Assembly (NCBI GenBank): GCA_050575255.1
Contig: JBNZDD010013698.1
Span: 3,497,280-3,561,279, forward strand
DNA length: 64,000 bases
Source of the DNA: Harriotta raleighana
Taxonomy: Eukaryota
Direction of reading: 5' to 3'
Shown here: in pieces, positions 37,545-51,213 of the stretch
How positions within the stretch are numbered: position 1 is the stretch's first letter
How the letters are laid out: every line of letters starts with the position of its first letter
The notes under the pieces: model-generated
What the model saw: the letters and a program-made list of their open reading frames with translations, nothing else
Told to the model about the DNA's origin: nothing
Database searches by the model: none
Program-made: the position numbers and the translations under genes

Positions 37545-37975
37545 GATAATCCTGGCATCTGATAAAGCATCTTTCACATTAGGGGGATATCTCAAAGCAC
37601 TTCACAAGTTATTATTAACTGTAAAGTGTAGTGACAGCACACCTTGTAGCTGAATGCCGCAGACACTTTGCAATGTCCCACAAACAGCTATGAAATGAAT
37701 GACTAATCTTATCTGGGGGAATGTTGGCAAAACACCCAAAAAACTGTTTGCTTTTTGAATGCTGCTGCTGTGGGATCCTTAACATCCACCTGAACAGGCA
37801 AATAGGGCCTCGGTTTAATATCTCATCTAAAGGATGGCAACTCAAAACAATGTAGAGCACCTCCACACTACATTAGAACGTCAGCATAGACTGTGAGTCC
37901 ATAGTCCTAACATGGGCTTGAACCCAAACCTATCAACTCCGAGGTGAGAGTGTGCTCAGATGAGCCAGTTTGATA
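37545..37975 (-). mobile_element. Near full-length SacSINE1-like DeuSINE
   Basis: Tail, Deu domain catccacctgaacaggcaaatagggcctcggtttaa, head cttgaaccc...gaggtgagagtg...tgagccag. Confidence 0.85.
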
Positions 37976-40079
37976 TCCTAACTGTACAAAACTTTTTAAT
38001 CTGACTGCAACTATTTGATGGCATCTTCGCAAAGTAAAGACGTGCTCAAATATATTGGATTGGGGAGTGAAACAATGTGACATATCACAGCAGTTTTAAT
38101 GCTGCAATTATCAACTTGAATTCACTGTGAAGCACGGCAATGTTTCCTCTATTATTGCCCTTGATAGAAATGTGAGAAGATTCGTGAAGTTTACTGTATC
38201 TTTTGAAACTCTAGTCATGAAATTCGTAACCTTGGAAATATGTTGTACATGGACACGAGAAAACTGTGGGAATTGTACATGTTAGTAGTAGAAAGCTCTT
38301 TGGGATGGATTGGAAGTCTGCTCTTCCATCATTACAAGATCTGTTAGACTATTTAGTTCCCATCTTAGCCTGTTAAGAAATAAGAGAAACAATTTAACTA
38401 ACGGCAGGAGCAATATAAAAACCTCAGTGATCAAATTTATTGAGATAACAATCAAAAAGCAGGGAGTGTTAACACTGTGTGTTATCACTGGAAATATAGA
38501 TTTCCAGAATCCCTTTATGGGAGTCTGTTAGAATCTCAACTGTGATTAATCGTTTTTTTCTTATCTTACTAATTTATCTTAGTAATATACTGAACTGCGC
38601 ACCTCAGTAATTACCTGGGTAAAAATCTCATTGGTGTGCTCTCAATTCTGTTTCCTTATTAGAGCAATTTGTCATTGTTTCTAATGTGATTTGTAGAGAA
38701 AACGTGAATCCAACTCAAAATGTGCTTTTTTTTTAATGCAGGTTTACCTGTAGTTGATGAGTGAAAATATTCTTGGGGGTAATCCCAAAACATTGATTAG
38801 GGCCCCTCTAGCCTAGTCACTGTTAGTGTTTAACCCTGAGGCAGTTTGGTCATGTAAATCTTGTGAAATTACGTTCAGCTACAAAATACACAGTCTGTGT
38901 ACTTCACAATAAATCCTCTGATGTCCTTCCAACATGGACAATGCTGTTTGAAATGTAAGGATTATTAGTATTATTATAAGAGAGAAAGGCTGACACTCAT
39001 ACATTGAGTCAAATAACCTCTCACTGTTATGTAGGTGCAGTTTCTTTTTTTTTAAATGTAGGTTGAATTGCTTTTAATTATCTCGCCACTTGTGCATGCC
39101 TCGCCACTCCTGGCCTGGCCTCTTCTTGGCAGTTCTGTGGGCATTGGTTGCTCTCCCTTATCCTGCCAAAGGGAAATTGTAGCCACCTTGGCAGCAATTG
39201 TTGGCAGACCCTGTACACACTGCTATCATGAAGCCTGACCTCCTCACCCAACAGCCACACATGCACACAACCAGTAGAGGATTCCGAACAGGCACAGGGA
39301 GCAGGAAACCTGTCAGGTTCAACCCTGGCTTAATGCAACAACTCTGTGACGCCCTGAATAACAATGTCGCTGGCTCTGTGGCATATTTTTATCTCTCTTC
39401 AACAACAAAAAACGGCCTAATGGAAGATAAGATCGTAAGAACATAGGAATGAATGTTCGGCCATAACAACAAAATTACACTTATAAAGCGCCTTTCACAT
39501 CGAGGACGTCCTAATTAGATTGCTATATATCTGGGCTCAATTTATTTGAAACATTTTAAACTGTATCAAACAGTTCTCCATAACCTTTGAGTGAAGTGCA
39601 TTGAGATAAACAGTGTCATCCAAGCAGATCTGTTTTGTTCCATTCCATAGATGCAGTGAATTGCATCGTTGAGGGAAATGCATTTGGTGGAGTACTGTAC
39701 ATGCTGTAACTACTGACCATGACTGCAGTAGTGCCCCTATACAATCTTTTATAGCTTTCCAGCCCAGAGGAGGCTAGCATAAGGTACTTGTGGAGACCAC
39801 ATATGGTGGTATAAAATACAGCATTCAATGTGATATTCTGTATATTCTGGGAATGTGAGACATCTCGAAGACTTGATAAGGCGCTATATCAACTACTAAG
39901 ATTATTATTATTATTACTGGTAATAATGTCACATTTTTCATCCCTTGGCTTCCACTATACCCTCCAGTGCTTTTTGTTTGGTTAAAAACTAGAAATAAAA
40001 ACTCACAATTTGGATCCCTTTAACAATGACAAATATAAATGATATAAATTGCACTGAAGGAGAAAAATCTAAACACTTA

Positions 40080-40280
40080 AGCACTGTGAGATGTCTCATT
40101 GATGTGATAAGGCACCACAAATAAGGCCCACAAAATACAGTCAATTTTTTCCTACTTTTCTTTCCCCAACCCCCTCCCCCCCACCCCCGCTCTGATCCCT
40201 ACTTGACTGTACAGTGCCTTGGGACGTCCTCCCAACATGAAAGGCGCTATATATATGTAATTTTTATTTGATTGATTTCA
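40080..40280 (+). mobile_element. SINE 3' end of a (gatt)-tailed family
   Basis: aatacagtcaattttttcctactttt...cctacttgactgtacagtgccttgggacgtcctccc...ttgattgatt; related copies at 42895-43010 and 52595-52765. Confidence 0.7.
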
Positions 40281-40779
40281 AACACAAGAAGTATTATTAT
40301 ACCTATGTTGTCACTACATTTTGAATGTGAAAGAGTTTAATATTTTCAGGTTACATTTTGGATTTGAAGAATATTTACTGATTTTCTGCATAATTTGTAG
40401 TGTGTATCTCCCATTGAAATGCTTTTCTGCTGCCACGCCACAGAGTGACTGCATTTACATTGGATATAAGTCAAACAATTATTCAGTTCAAATGCAATTT
40501 CTTACAGTAAGTATATTTCAGTCCACAAGAAAAGGCACATAGAATAGTAGAGAGTTAAACAAAGATTCAATTTTTAAAAAGTCACTGGATGTAGTGAATT
40601 GTGATTACCCAATTAAGTAGTTAATCAATATCATCTGATTTAGTGTATTTGATATTGTCCCTGTAAAGGAACTTTATCCCTAGAAAGTGCTTCATTCAGT
40701 TTCTGAGAAATGTAGTGAATGTGCATTTAGCAGGGAAATGCAATGCACACAAATTATCAGTTTCATGTTAGCCCAGGAT

Positions 40780-40998
40780 ATTCCATTCTCTTTTCACATA
40801 GTGCCATGGGATACGTAAAGTCTACTGAATACACAGATGGTATTTTTATTAATGTTTCATCCATATCTTTCACAATGCAGTGCTCCCCAACAATGGAGTG
40901 TGAGACAATATGATGCGTTAACAGTCCCAAAGTGGAGTTCAAATCCTGAACCATCTGACCCAAAGTTTAGAGGTTTGCCATCTGAATCAGGCTGACTG
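40780..40998 (-). mobile_element. Old SacSINE1-like remnant
   Basis: atagtgccatgggat...caatgcagtgctcccc...ctgaaccatctgacccaaag...caggctgac. Confidence 0.6.
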
Positions 40999-43889
40999 AC
41001 ACCTCTGAGTCTGAAATACAATTGTTTCACTGGATGATGAGCTGTCTTAGTAAAATTTCCTAATATTCACCAAACTTCACAATCCCATTTCATGAAAAGT
41101 CCTGCAAGGATTTAATTTTGTTTCCAAAAGTAAAAATACGCAAATCTTTAATTTTTTCAACCTCAATTCTCTGGCAAGCCAAATATTTCTACCAACAAGT
41201 AAATTGTCTTCAAATTTGCCCACAAACAAATTCTGCGAAGCATAATAAGATAAAATGTGTTCAGTAGATAGCATTTGATAAAATTGGACTCATGATACAA
41301 CAACAAAATTACACTTGTATAACTCCTTTCACGTCAAGAGAATACACAGCTCAAGACAAATATTCTCAGCATTTATTTGCTATACAGATAGTATAGATGC
41401 ACATAAGGGAATAGGGATTAGGGAATAGTAGGATGTGGGAGGGAGTAGGGAGTGGATGGAGATTCAAGTAGAATATAAACACTGTCACAGACTGGTTGGG
41501 ATAAAGGCCTGTTTCCCTGCTGTACAATCTATGTAAATATTTTTTGTATTTGCTGAAATAGGTACAGTACCAAAATAGACAGTGATATCAGAAGAAGCAA
41601 AATCAATGTAAGAGTAGCTTTAAAGCAACAATGAAATGCAATATTGGCTCAGCAAGAACCAAGAATTTGAGCACTTTGTCCACTTTGCAGCTTTCCACAA
41701 GCTGGTCTCACATACCAGGTCCTGTTCCATTTAAAATAAAGAAATCAGTGCTAATAAAGGCATGGGAAAACAAGACCCAATTGAACACGACAGGGTTTTA
41801 TATATAATGTAACTCCTCATAGGTGTCAATAGATCCCAAACTTTATAGAATGATTCTGTGCAATATTACTGGACACAAAACAACCACTCAACCCATCATA
41901 CCTGAGATAGTGCTAAGTCCCAGACTCACTTTGCAATGATCCCTGTTGTGAACAACGGGAGAAAGAAATGGCCATTTGCTCAGTGAAATGTTATCATTTG
42001 AGTAACCACTTAATTTATGCCATACCTGGAGAGAAGGAGTACTACAAAGCAATGGACACAGGGCAACTACGTATGTGGATGGCCTTATTTTTGGCCCCTT
42101 GAAAAGGGACAAAATTAGTCCCACTTCTGACTGCTCAAGAATAAGAGGCGCACACTTCTTTACTTTAAATAAATTACTTGATATGCAAGAGAGTATGTTG
42201 GTATTGAAAAAAAACTACACACAGATTTACCTGGCAGATGGTTGGCAGTTCTCTCTTTTTTACCAACTGGTACTTTACATCTTGAAGTCTTCTAGCAGCA
42301 GGTAGTATATCCCTATTTAGAATGACCACAGATGCAAAAGACAAACGGGGGAGGGACAAGCTGGTGAGGAAATTACCAGACCTGTTGGGGTCCAAGGCTG
42401 GAATTCTTTGGAACATTTTAAACAAATGTATCCTTGATAAATTCAGAAAAGATGTAGCTGCGCAAAATGATGCACTAAAAATGCACAATTCAAATAGAAC
42501 ATAGGCTTTCTGCTCATTGAATGTAATGTGTTTTACATCAATTGCAGACACATGACTTTTACCAGTTCAGTCCGAGCTATTTTATTTCAGTGCAAGGCAA
42601 GATTGTAACAACAATACAAGTCCAAAATAAGACTTTCCCCACCACTATTTCTTTTAGCTGTGCTTATTCAACATGGCTTGTTTTGGGTTTAATTTATTCC
42701 TCTTTTATTTCTTCCTGTTCTCTTTATTGATTACTTACCAGTTTATGAAAACCACAGAAATGCCTGATTTTACTAACTACACAGTAAAGGCTAACTCTGC
42801 TACTGGCAAATCACTGACCGAGTGCTATTAGACCCCTTTGCCAATATGTTGTATCCCTTGTTCTCCATCTCTGTGTAATGTCCATTGGTGTTTTGCACGC
42901 AAATATTCAGTCAATTTTCCTACTTTTCTTCCCCCAACCACTCTCCCCCTGGTGGGATCCCTACTTGACTGTTCAACGCCTTGGGACGCCCTCCCGACGT
43001 GAAAGGGTTTGCCCACGGCAAACCCTTCTTCTTTGCTCGGTATCCAAACCTGTCTCTGTAAAGTGCTCCGAGATGTTACTCTATGTGAAGGATGCTATAT
43101 AAATGCAAGTTGTTGTTGCAAATAGTAAGCTGCAAGTTTGTGCCCACGATGCTGTGGTCACCCAATAACCCAAGCACTAAAAAGCACTACCTTTATGAAA
43201 GTTTCTCTGCAATATCTTTGTCTCACTTTCATAGTTTGTTTCCAAGTTTAAAAAAAACAGATGAATCTTCCCTCTAGAATTCTCATCCACATTAACATCC
43301 AAGGGACATTACACTTGGACAGAAGCAAATCAGAAATGTGTCCACTTTAGTAAAGCCTCATTAACTGAGGTAATGTCACTGTAACTTGATCATCGACCAC
43401 TGGTACTACTATCTTGCAGAAAGAAAGTTTGTTCATTCAAGTAGTATGAATAGCAATTGCTCTCAATTGCAATCAATAATGAAAATGAAATTTTACTTTT
43501 TGCTGCTTTCATTCTTAGCTAATTCCAAAAGCCTAAGTGGCACTTACATTATTTGATTAATGTTATTCTTGTAATCTAACAGCAAAACTCAGACTCAAGT
43601 GATCAATACACTAAGGCTCCTAAGGAAGTTTCAATTACATCCCACTAATAGTCCCTTAAACTACGATTGGTGCTATCCACAAGAAGAGGAAATTCAATCT
43701 CTTTATAAACAACAATTCCATTTTTATTTCATGGCACAGTACCAAATATTACTGTAAAAAATCTTTTTGACTCTGCACCATATTTTAAACAGAAAAGGAT
43801 CCCTCTCAGTGTTTTTTCTGACAGGTGCCGCTTTCTGTGTGAATCTGAAAATGCAATTGATCTTCCTTTGAATTAAACTATTTTTTGGT

Positions 43890-44400
43890 CAGCCAAGTGT
43901 CTTGTTTCCTACACTCTTTCGAACACCATCCCAGAGTCCCTCTGCCTTGCTCATTTCCTTGACCCCTTCAAAACCCATCTCAAGACCTTCCTCCACGACC
44001 GCATCTTCAGTCACATTAACTTCACCACCTATTTGCTGCCGCTCAGTGATAGATATGGGATTAACTTTTGGATGTATGCAAATGAGCACAACTCTATCCT
44101 TTGCCATCACCCTCCACTCCAGGCTCATTGCTATTCTGATCAATGGTCGCTCCAGCTCACAGAGTTGGTGCAGTACCTTGTTGTCTTGTTTGACTCCCAA
44201 CTTTCCTTTAAACCTCCATGCTCTGGCCACTTTAGGGCCTTTCTTCTGGGGTCACTGAGCTCCTCCTCCATGAATATATCACATCCAGTCTTGATGATGC
44301 CAATACTACTTGGACTCTTCCCTACACAAGTTGCAGATTATTCTGAATTCTTGCCTTGTCAAGCACCTTGTGTGAAGGATGCTATATAAATTAAAGCTGT
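43890..44400 (+). mobile_element. Rearranged degenerate L2 fragments
   Basis: ttcaaaacccatctcaagaccttcc (3' end), YGINFWMYAN (YADD region), LVVLFDSQLSFKP. Confidence 0.65.
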
Positions 44401-44439
44401 TTCTCTTTTTTTCTTTCTCTCCGATGAATACAGAAAATG

Positions 44440-44616
44440 ATCCGTCAATCGACAAACAACTGGATTCTCGCTTACTGCTAGGTAAACAAGGGCATATGGA
44501 GCAAAGAAACTTGCCTAAGAATCACCTCTGTTTCACTAGCATCATTCTGCCGGAAATCGAACCCAGGTCTCTTGTTTTCGAGGTGAGTGCTTGAACCATT
44601 GAGCTATGGGATTCCA
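44440..44616 (-). mobile_element. tRNA SINE head with CORE-like block
   Basis: cttactgctaggtaaacaag...aaacttgcc...aatcgaacccaggtctcttg...gagtgcttgaaccattgagcta. Confidence 0.75.
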
Positions 44617-45496
44617 CAAAGCCTATAAACAGGAGAGGCGCAAAGACTGACACCAAAGCAGCAAAGCTCACCCCTCAATCCCTGCTCCAAAATCCCTCTC
44701 CCTGAAAGACCACGGTACGCATGGCAACAAAGGCCTCTATGGTATACAAGACTTGAGATAAACAAGTAAGCTTGAAGTTTGGTTGATAAGAGTGGAACTG
44801 AGCCAGACAAACCACAACAGAACTAGCATCCATTTGCAGCCTACGCTGAACTGGTTGATTTCACCCACACCATCAACAGAGGGGCAATAATTTCAGAGTG
44901 GGAAGGGTGGAGAAAAAACTACTCCAAGCCCACTCCCAACTAGGGTGAAAGAATCTACAGTTCTTTAGGATCACAGAATGATCATCACATGGAACCCAGC
45001 TCAGAAAATTATCCACTCTTAACGCAGTCAAACCAAAATGTCTATCCTCCAATGCTCAGAAAACATTTCCAGCAATCACTCAGGGAATGAGACCAAAGTA
45101 GCCTTTATGTAAGGATGACTTCTGAGTAAGTATTCGTGGGTTCATTGACTGGACCTAAAACATTTAGAAAACATTTTTGCAGGCCACAATTTCCGTGGGC
45201 CAAGAAATTCCACAGGGCCATGTGTAGATTCCCAACAGACTCCTAACACATTTACCAATGCCTCACTGTTGAAGCAGGAAGTTGTGAGCATCACATGGGC
45301 TGCTCAGAGTGGCAAGGTAAATACACTAGATAGCAAGCTAACAGTTGTCTACAGCCTGGCCTATGGAAATTGCTAATGCATTACTGGTGAATATACTTCA
45401 ATTCTCACAGAATTGGTCCCTGAGAAGGATGTCTGTATAAGGACAGGATTAAAAACAAGAGTGGCCACTTTAGAGAGTTAAGACAGGTGGATGCTG

Positions 45497-45813
45497 AATA
45501 ATAATAATAATAATAATACTTGCATTTGATATAGCACGTTTCACATCTTCTAGACGTCTCAAGAGTGCTTCGCAGAATACACTGTGAAGTGGATTGACTG
45601 TATATTTGTGGGTGAAACGCGGCAGCCAATTGCGCACAGCAGTGTCCCACAAACAGTTGTGAATTGAATTGACCAATTTGTTACTTTTTTTTGAAGGATC
45701 ATTATTAGGCTTGTGGAGTAAGGTAACTTCCCCAAGGTTTCGCCTTGACATGCCTGGAATCAAACATAGATCTCACCCTTGTAAGGGACTGCTCTAACCA
45801 CTGAGCTGCAGGA
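45497..45813 (-). mobile_element. Full-length tRNA SINE
   Basis: (aat)n tail through to ctctaaccactgagctgcagga head. Confidence 0.9.
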
Positions 45814-48800
45814 ATAGAGATGAATAGAGGTTATTTATTATGGAAAATTAGTCAAGACTGTTCCACAGCGGTGGGTGACATCTGATTTATGAATCTAGGT
45901 GTAATCTGTATTAATAATAATTCTTGTATTTGTTGCAGCACCTTTCAAGTCAGGAGAAGATCTCAAAGAGCTTCATGGGAATTAATGTAAAGTGGAGTGA
46001 CTGTATTTTGTAGTGTCTTTTAAACCCTTGCCCTCCACTAGCATTTTTACCCATAGTTGAGAGGTCGAAGTAGTGAAACCATGTAGAACTTTGTAAATCT
46101 TGTCAACTCTGGTCTCTGTCAAGCTGGCGGGAAGCAATTATTTCACTCTACTTAGGGAATTAATGGCACTTGACTCTATTAGGTGACATTTGAGTATTTA
46201 ACAAGTACATAATGTATAATAGGGTCAATTTAATGCTACATTCAATATTTATCTTGTGGAATATACCCTAGTTGTGCCAGAGGCAGGTTCCCCACCAACA
46301 TCACTCTCAATGGCCCCATGCCTTTGAAACACATTGTTGACTGTTTGACTTGAAATCTTTAATGTACAACACTTACTTTGAAAAAAGCTGGAATCGGAAG
46401 GCATTTGTAAGAAGCAGAATAAATAAATGTTCTTGCATTGTACCCACATGTTTTAAATTTGCTCAAGGACCCTGCTGATAACAGATCAGATCAGCCAGTT
46501 TGACTGATTAACAGGATCTTAGATGGGCAGACCTGGGAGCAAGGATTCTTCCCACTGTTAATCCTGCAAGCCAAAACCCCAATCGTAGTGTTGTCCGGAT
46601 AAGCAGCAGAAAGCTCACCAAACAGTGCTCTAAATGGCAAGCTATATGGCTTTAATGGTTAAACTCTATCAGTACACAAACATATACTCTGGGGTCCCAT
46701 GCAGATATAGAAACCACTGCAAACTCACAAACAGTGTAACTGAACCATTGTGACCCACCATCTGCTGAGATATGGAAAACATTTCCAGCACCACTACACA
46801 AGCATCAGCAGGCATCCTCCCTCAAAACACACAGTCACTCCACTTTACACTGCGTCCTGTGAAGTGCTTTGAGATATCCTCCCAACATGAAAGGTGTTAC
46901 AGCAATTGCTAAGATTATTATTATATTTAATAATTGCTTGTGTTTTGTGAAAAGCACAAAGTTATTTAATTTATGTTCTGTGCTGTGAATATGGCAACCA
47001 TTGCAGCTGCAACATGAAAATATTTGTCTAAACACTGTTTTCCTGTAGATGAGAAGTGCACAGTATGACTTTAGATGGCAGGATTTATTTTCAACAAGTC
47101 AGGCCTGTGAATTATTTTAGGAGAATGCAGCAGTAGAGGGAAAAGGAGGAAGAATGGGGGGAATGAATCAGAAGTGGTTGCCATCAGAAATTGACTCACT
47201 AAGTTTGCATATTAAAATTCAAGCCAACGCCATCATAGAAACAAAGAGATTAAACACATTTAAATGATGCAGAGGTTAATAGCGATGACTGCCTTGAGAT
47301 ATAACATTTTGGTTAACATTTTCAAGCCAAATTAATGCAAAAATATTGAGACATCTACAAAGAAGCCTGCCAAATCCGCTGGGCTTTGACTAAAGAGGAA
47401 ATGTCAGGTGGAAATATTTTTAAATTGAAATGACAACACCTTTGGCAGACGTCTCTCTGAAACAAACATGATTTTCTTTTTTTTTTGTACGCTGTATTCA
47501 ATGCATTTTCATCACAAACCCCTTCACAGAATAATTTTTTTTTTGTTTGCTGGGGGAGGGGTGCGAGGAGGAGGAAGGCAGGCGGGCAAGGCATTAACAA
47601 CAATGAATGCGAATACTGATTCTGCATAAATCAAAATGTGCAGCAGCTGATAAACTGGTCCTTTTAATTAGCTGTGACCCAGCAGAACCTGCAGCCACAA
47701 CATCATGCCAGACGCCTCAATTCTTCCACTTGCTTTACATGAACACTTCACAGATTATGTGCACGATGGACTGCTGGAATCTCGCACACCAAAAGTGCTC
47801 GACTGTCAACCAAATATAATTCAGTGCAAATAGCCTTCGGAAGAGAGGCAGTAGGTTTGATACTAAGCAGATGAAAACACTCTTCTCTGCCACAAGACAC
47901 ATTTGGCTCTTTATCAGAGCCATTTCAGATCCTTTGTTGAGTGCATATATTTTACACAGTTTGAATCAAAAATGTACTTAAAAAAGGATTTTATTTGCTC
48001 ACCAGAGTTCTGTAGCTGTGTCTGTATGTGTGAGTATAATTTTTTTCAAATCACACAATATGTGCATATGAGAATCATTAAAGCTTCTCACAATTTCCTA
48101 ACCCGGCCTTTCAAGAAGACTATATATGTATTTTACTATACATGTATTTTATGTGTGCGTTCTTAAAAAACTTTCCATCTGTCAAATCTCCAAAAACATT
48201 TGAAGAAGAAAATACAAGTCAGCAGTTCTTATCCCAGCAAATCATCAGCAATTCTTCATCCGTCAGCAATTACATCCATTTTAGAATTAACAAGAATTTC
48301 AATAAGACACATTTGGTGTGTTCATTTGAAGGTCAGCATGCTGGGGGTGGGAGGAAGAGTCACTTAAATTAGCTTTAATGTTGACACATCTCCATGTCAA
48401 AAGCTGCTTTTTTTATTAATAGAAATCTCATACTTTGTTGGATGGTAAAAGCAAACAGATTGAGTGTGTAACTCCGCGTTGAAACCTCTGGGTGCTCTCT
48501 GTGGCTACCACCCCCTCTCCTGTTATATGGATGAGTACTTGCTGCTGTACATTATTCCCTTTTTTAATTGTTAACAAAATGATTCTAATTTAGAGCAGTA
48601 TATACACTCTTCCTTCCAGCACTCTCTCAGCTCAGTGTAAAGTTCCATCCTTTTTTCTTTAAAATATACTCTTTGTGATTCAAAAATAAGCTGGAGTGAA
48701 TAGTTTTGATAGCCCGGACTCCCACTGGCTCTGTAAAGTATTTTGAGATATTTTTCTCAACATGAAAGGCAAGTGTAAGTTAGCGCTGTTATAGTTTTGG

Positions 48801-50631
48801 TAACTTTTATGTATTCTACAAATACAAGTCAACTACAGTTTAGGTATTTTCTGCCCACAGTCTTGAATGAAATCCTGTTTCTTAAAAAGTAAGATTGACT
48901 TCTGTACACTTGACTCCACATGACAGTAATCCTTGTGAAAGTTTTTATTTCCTAATCTCCTTTTTGGTCCTCCCAGTTATGATTTTAAAACTAATACAGT
49001 ATTAATCATCCTCGCACTTGATATGGTGCTTTTCACATGAGGAGAAGTCTCAAAGAGCTTCACAGGATGGACTGTAGCTGTAGGGAATGTGTATTTTGCA
49101 AGTACTGTATATAGAGCAACTAATTGGTACATAGCAATGTCTCACAAATAGCCATGAAGCTATTCTGAAGCAAGAGTTCCCTTTGGTCAACAGAAATTGT
49201 GTTACGAAAGACGGCAAGCTAAACTCAAATCATAGAATCATAGAAATCTACAGCATACAAGGAGGGCATTCAGCCCATCAAGTCTGCACTGGCTCCAGAG
49301 CAAGATATGAATTCAAACGAACAAAGGCTGAATTTAAGAATTTTCCGCATTTCTTCCTGAATTTAAAATTTCAAAATGGTGTTAATACCTCAGAATAGAT
49401 GTTTTTTCAGATCTCTTCTTTCTAAAAAGGCTCTTTTTGGGCCATTTAAGCAAAGAAACTTTTAATAAATTTGAACAAATCATTTACCTGCGATAAACTC
49501 CTGTTTACTGAAACATAGTTCAAGGGAGTTCACACAACATGTTTCTTCAGTTACTTTCAGTGGAAATTATGTCTCGGGCCCCCAAAATACGCAGTTAACA
49601 GTTATAAACTTGCTTAATTTGAATGATGCTAGCTAATGTTTTGCCAGCAGTAATTTAACAGGTGAAAATCTGCTAAATCATGGATTATTGCACAGACAGT
49701 AAAAATGTAAGGGCGATAAAACCAGGTAGTTAACCTGCATTTAATGCTCAAACTGCTTTCAGAGTCTGTGGACACACTCTTAGTATGGATTTAATTCTGA
49801 CTCATTTACATATTTCTAGGACTGAAATTAGGAATCTCAAAACAAGTGATCTTTGTGGAAGGGTTTCACAGTATGCCCGGTTTAATGTTAAGCTTTAAAT
49901 GTTTATCCTTCAATGCTCAGAAAACATATTCAGATGAGATACGTGTCACTCTGGCTTAGTTGGTAACATTCTCGCTTCTGAATCAGAAGAAATAAATATT
50001 TTTTAAATCCTTCTATTTCGAATAGTGCCCCTATGTTGGGAGGACGTCTCAAAGTGCTTCACTGGACACACTATAAAGTGAAGTGTCTTGTGGGCAAATC
50101 CGGCAGCCAATTTGTGCACAAACACCAGGAGAAATTCATTTATCTTTTCAACCAGTGCTATGTGATTCCTGACATGAACATGCAGTCAAATGGCCATCAT
50201 TATATTCAAGATTTGAAAGTGCTTAGTTTTAAACAATTAACTAGTAATTATTTGTAAAGCTAAATTTTTCCTTTGTTGGAAAATCTTCTACTCGAATGTT
50301 TCAGTCTTTAAACTCTACTGCTACTAAATGCATTTATGTACATTAATGTAACAATCCTCCCATTTGATACAGGATCTTATCATCCTGAAGCCACTCCAAA
50401 TGGTTTTTTGTAAAGTGCAGTGACTGTGTCTTTGTAGGCAATTTGTGCATTGCATTATCCCACAAACAGTCAAGAAATGAATTACCACTTCTTAAAAAAA
50501 TCTGGTGATTATTGGTTGGAATACTGGGGGAATCTTCTCATTCGAATATTGCCATGTGATCTTTAACATCCACCAGAACAGACAAACAGGACTTTTGTCC
50601 AATGACTCATGTCTGCCAATACAGTGTTGGC

Positions 50632-51012
50632 ACATTCAAAGCTCTCCATGGCCTTGCCCCACCATACATTTACAATCTCCTAACCCCTTACCAACCTGCC
50701 CGACCCCTGCGCTCAGCCTGTTCCACGTCCCCCAACCCACCCGTCCCGCCATTGGCGGGCGAGCCTTCAGCCACTCTGCCCCCAACCTCTGGAACTCCAT
50801 CCCGCAGTCACTCCGCCTTGCACCCTTCCTGGCCTGCTTCCATTCCCGCTTCAAGACCCTCCTCTTCGATGGTCCCATCGGTAACCCCAAATCACCCCCT
50901 TTCCCTCCCCATATCTGACCCCAGCTCGGGTCTGAAACAATTTTTATCCAGTGCCTTGGGACATCCTCTTGCCGTGAAAGGCGCTATACAAGTGTAATTT
51001 TATTGTTGTTGT
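50632..51012 (+). mobile_element. L2 3' end (same subfamily as 27000-27500 and 35950-36420)
   Basis: TFKALHGLAPPYI.NLLTPYQPARPLRS; attggcgggcgagccttcagccac; tail. Confidence 0.9.
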
Positions 51013-51213
51013 TCACCTCATATAGTAATTCCACTCTCCTGCTACATCCTCAAACTTTTTGAGGACCCTCATGACCTTTACTATTCCTTTTTGACAAGCA
51101 TCTGTCATATTGCTTATTGTAACTAACAGAGGCTCTATGCCGCTAATTTGAATTAAGTTATTCCAATAATAGAAAAGAGCATGAGAGGTCCAGAAATTGC
51201 AGGTTCCAATAAA

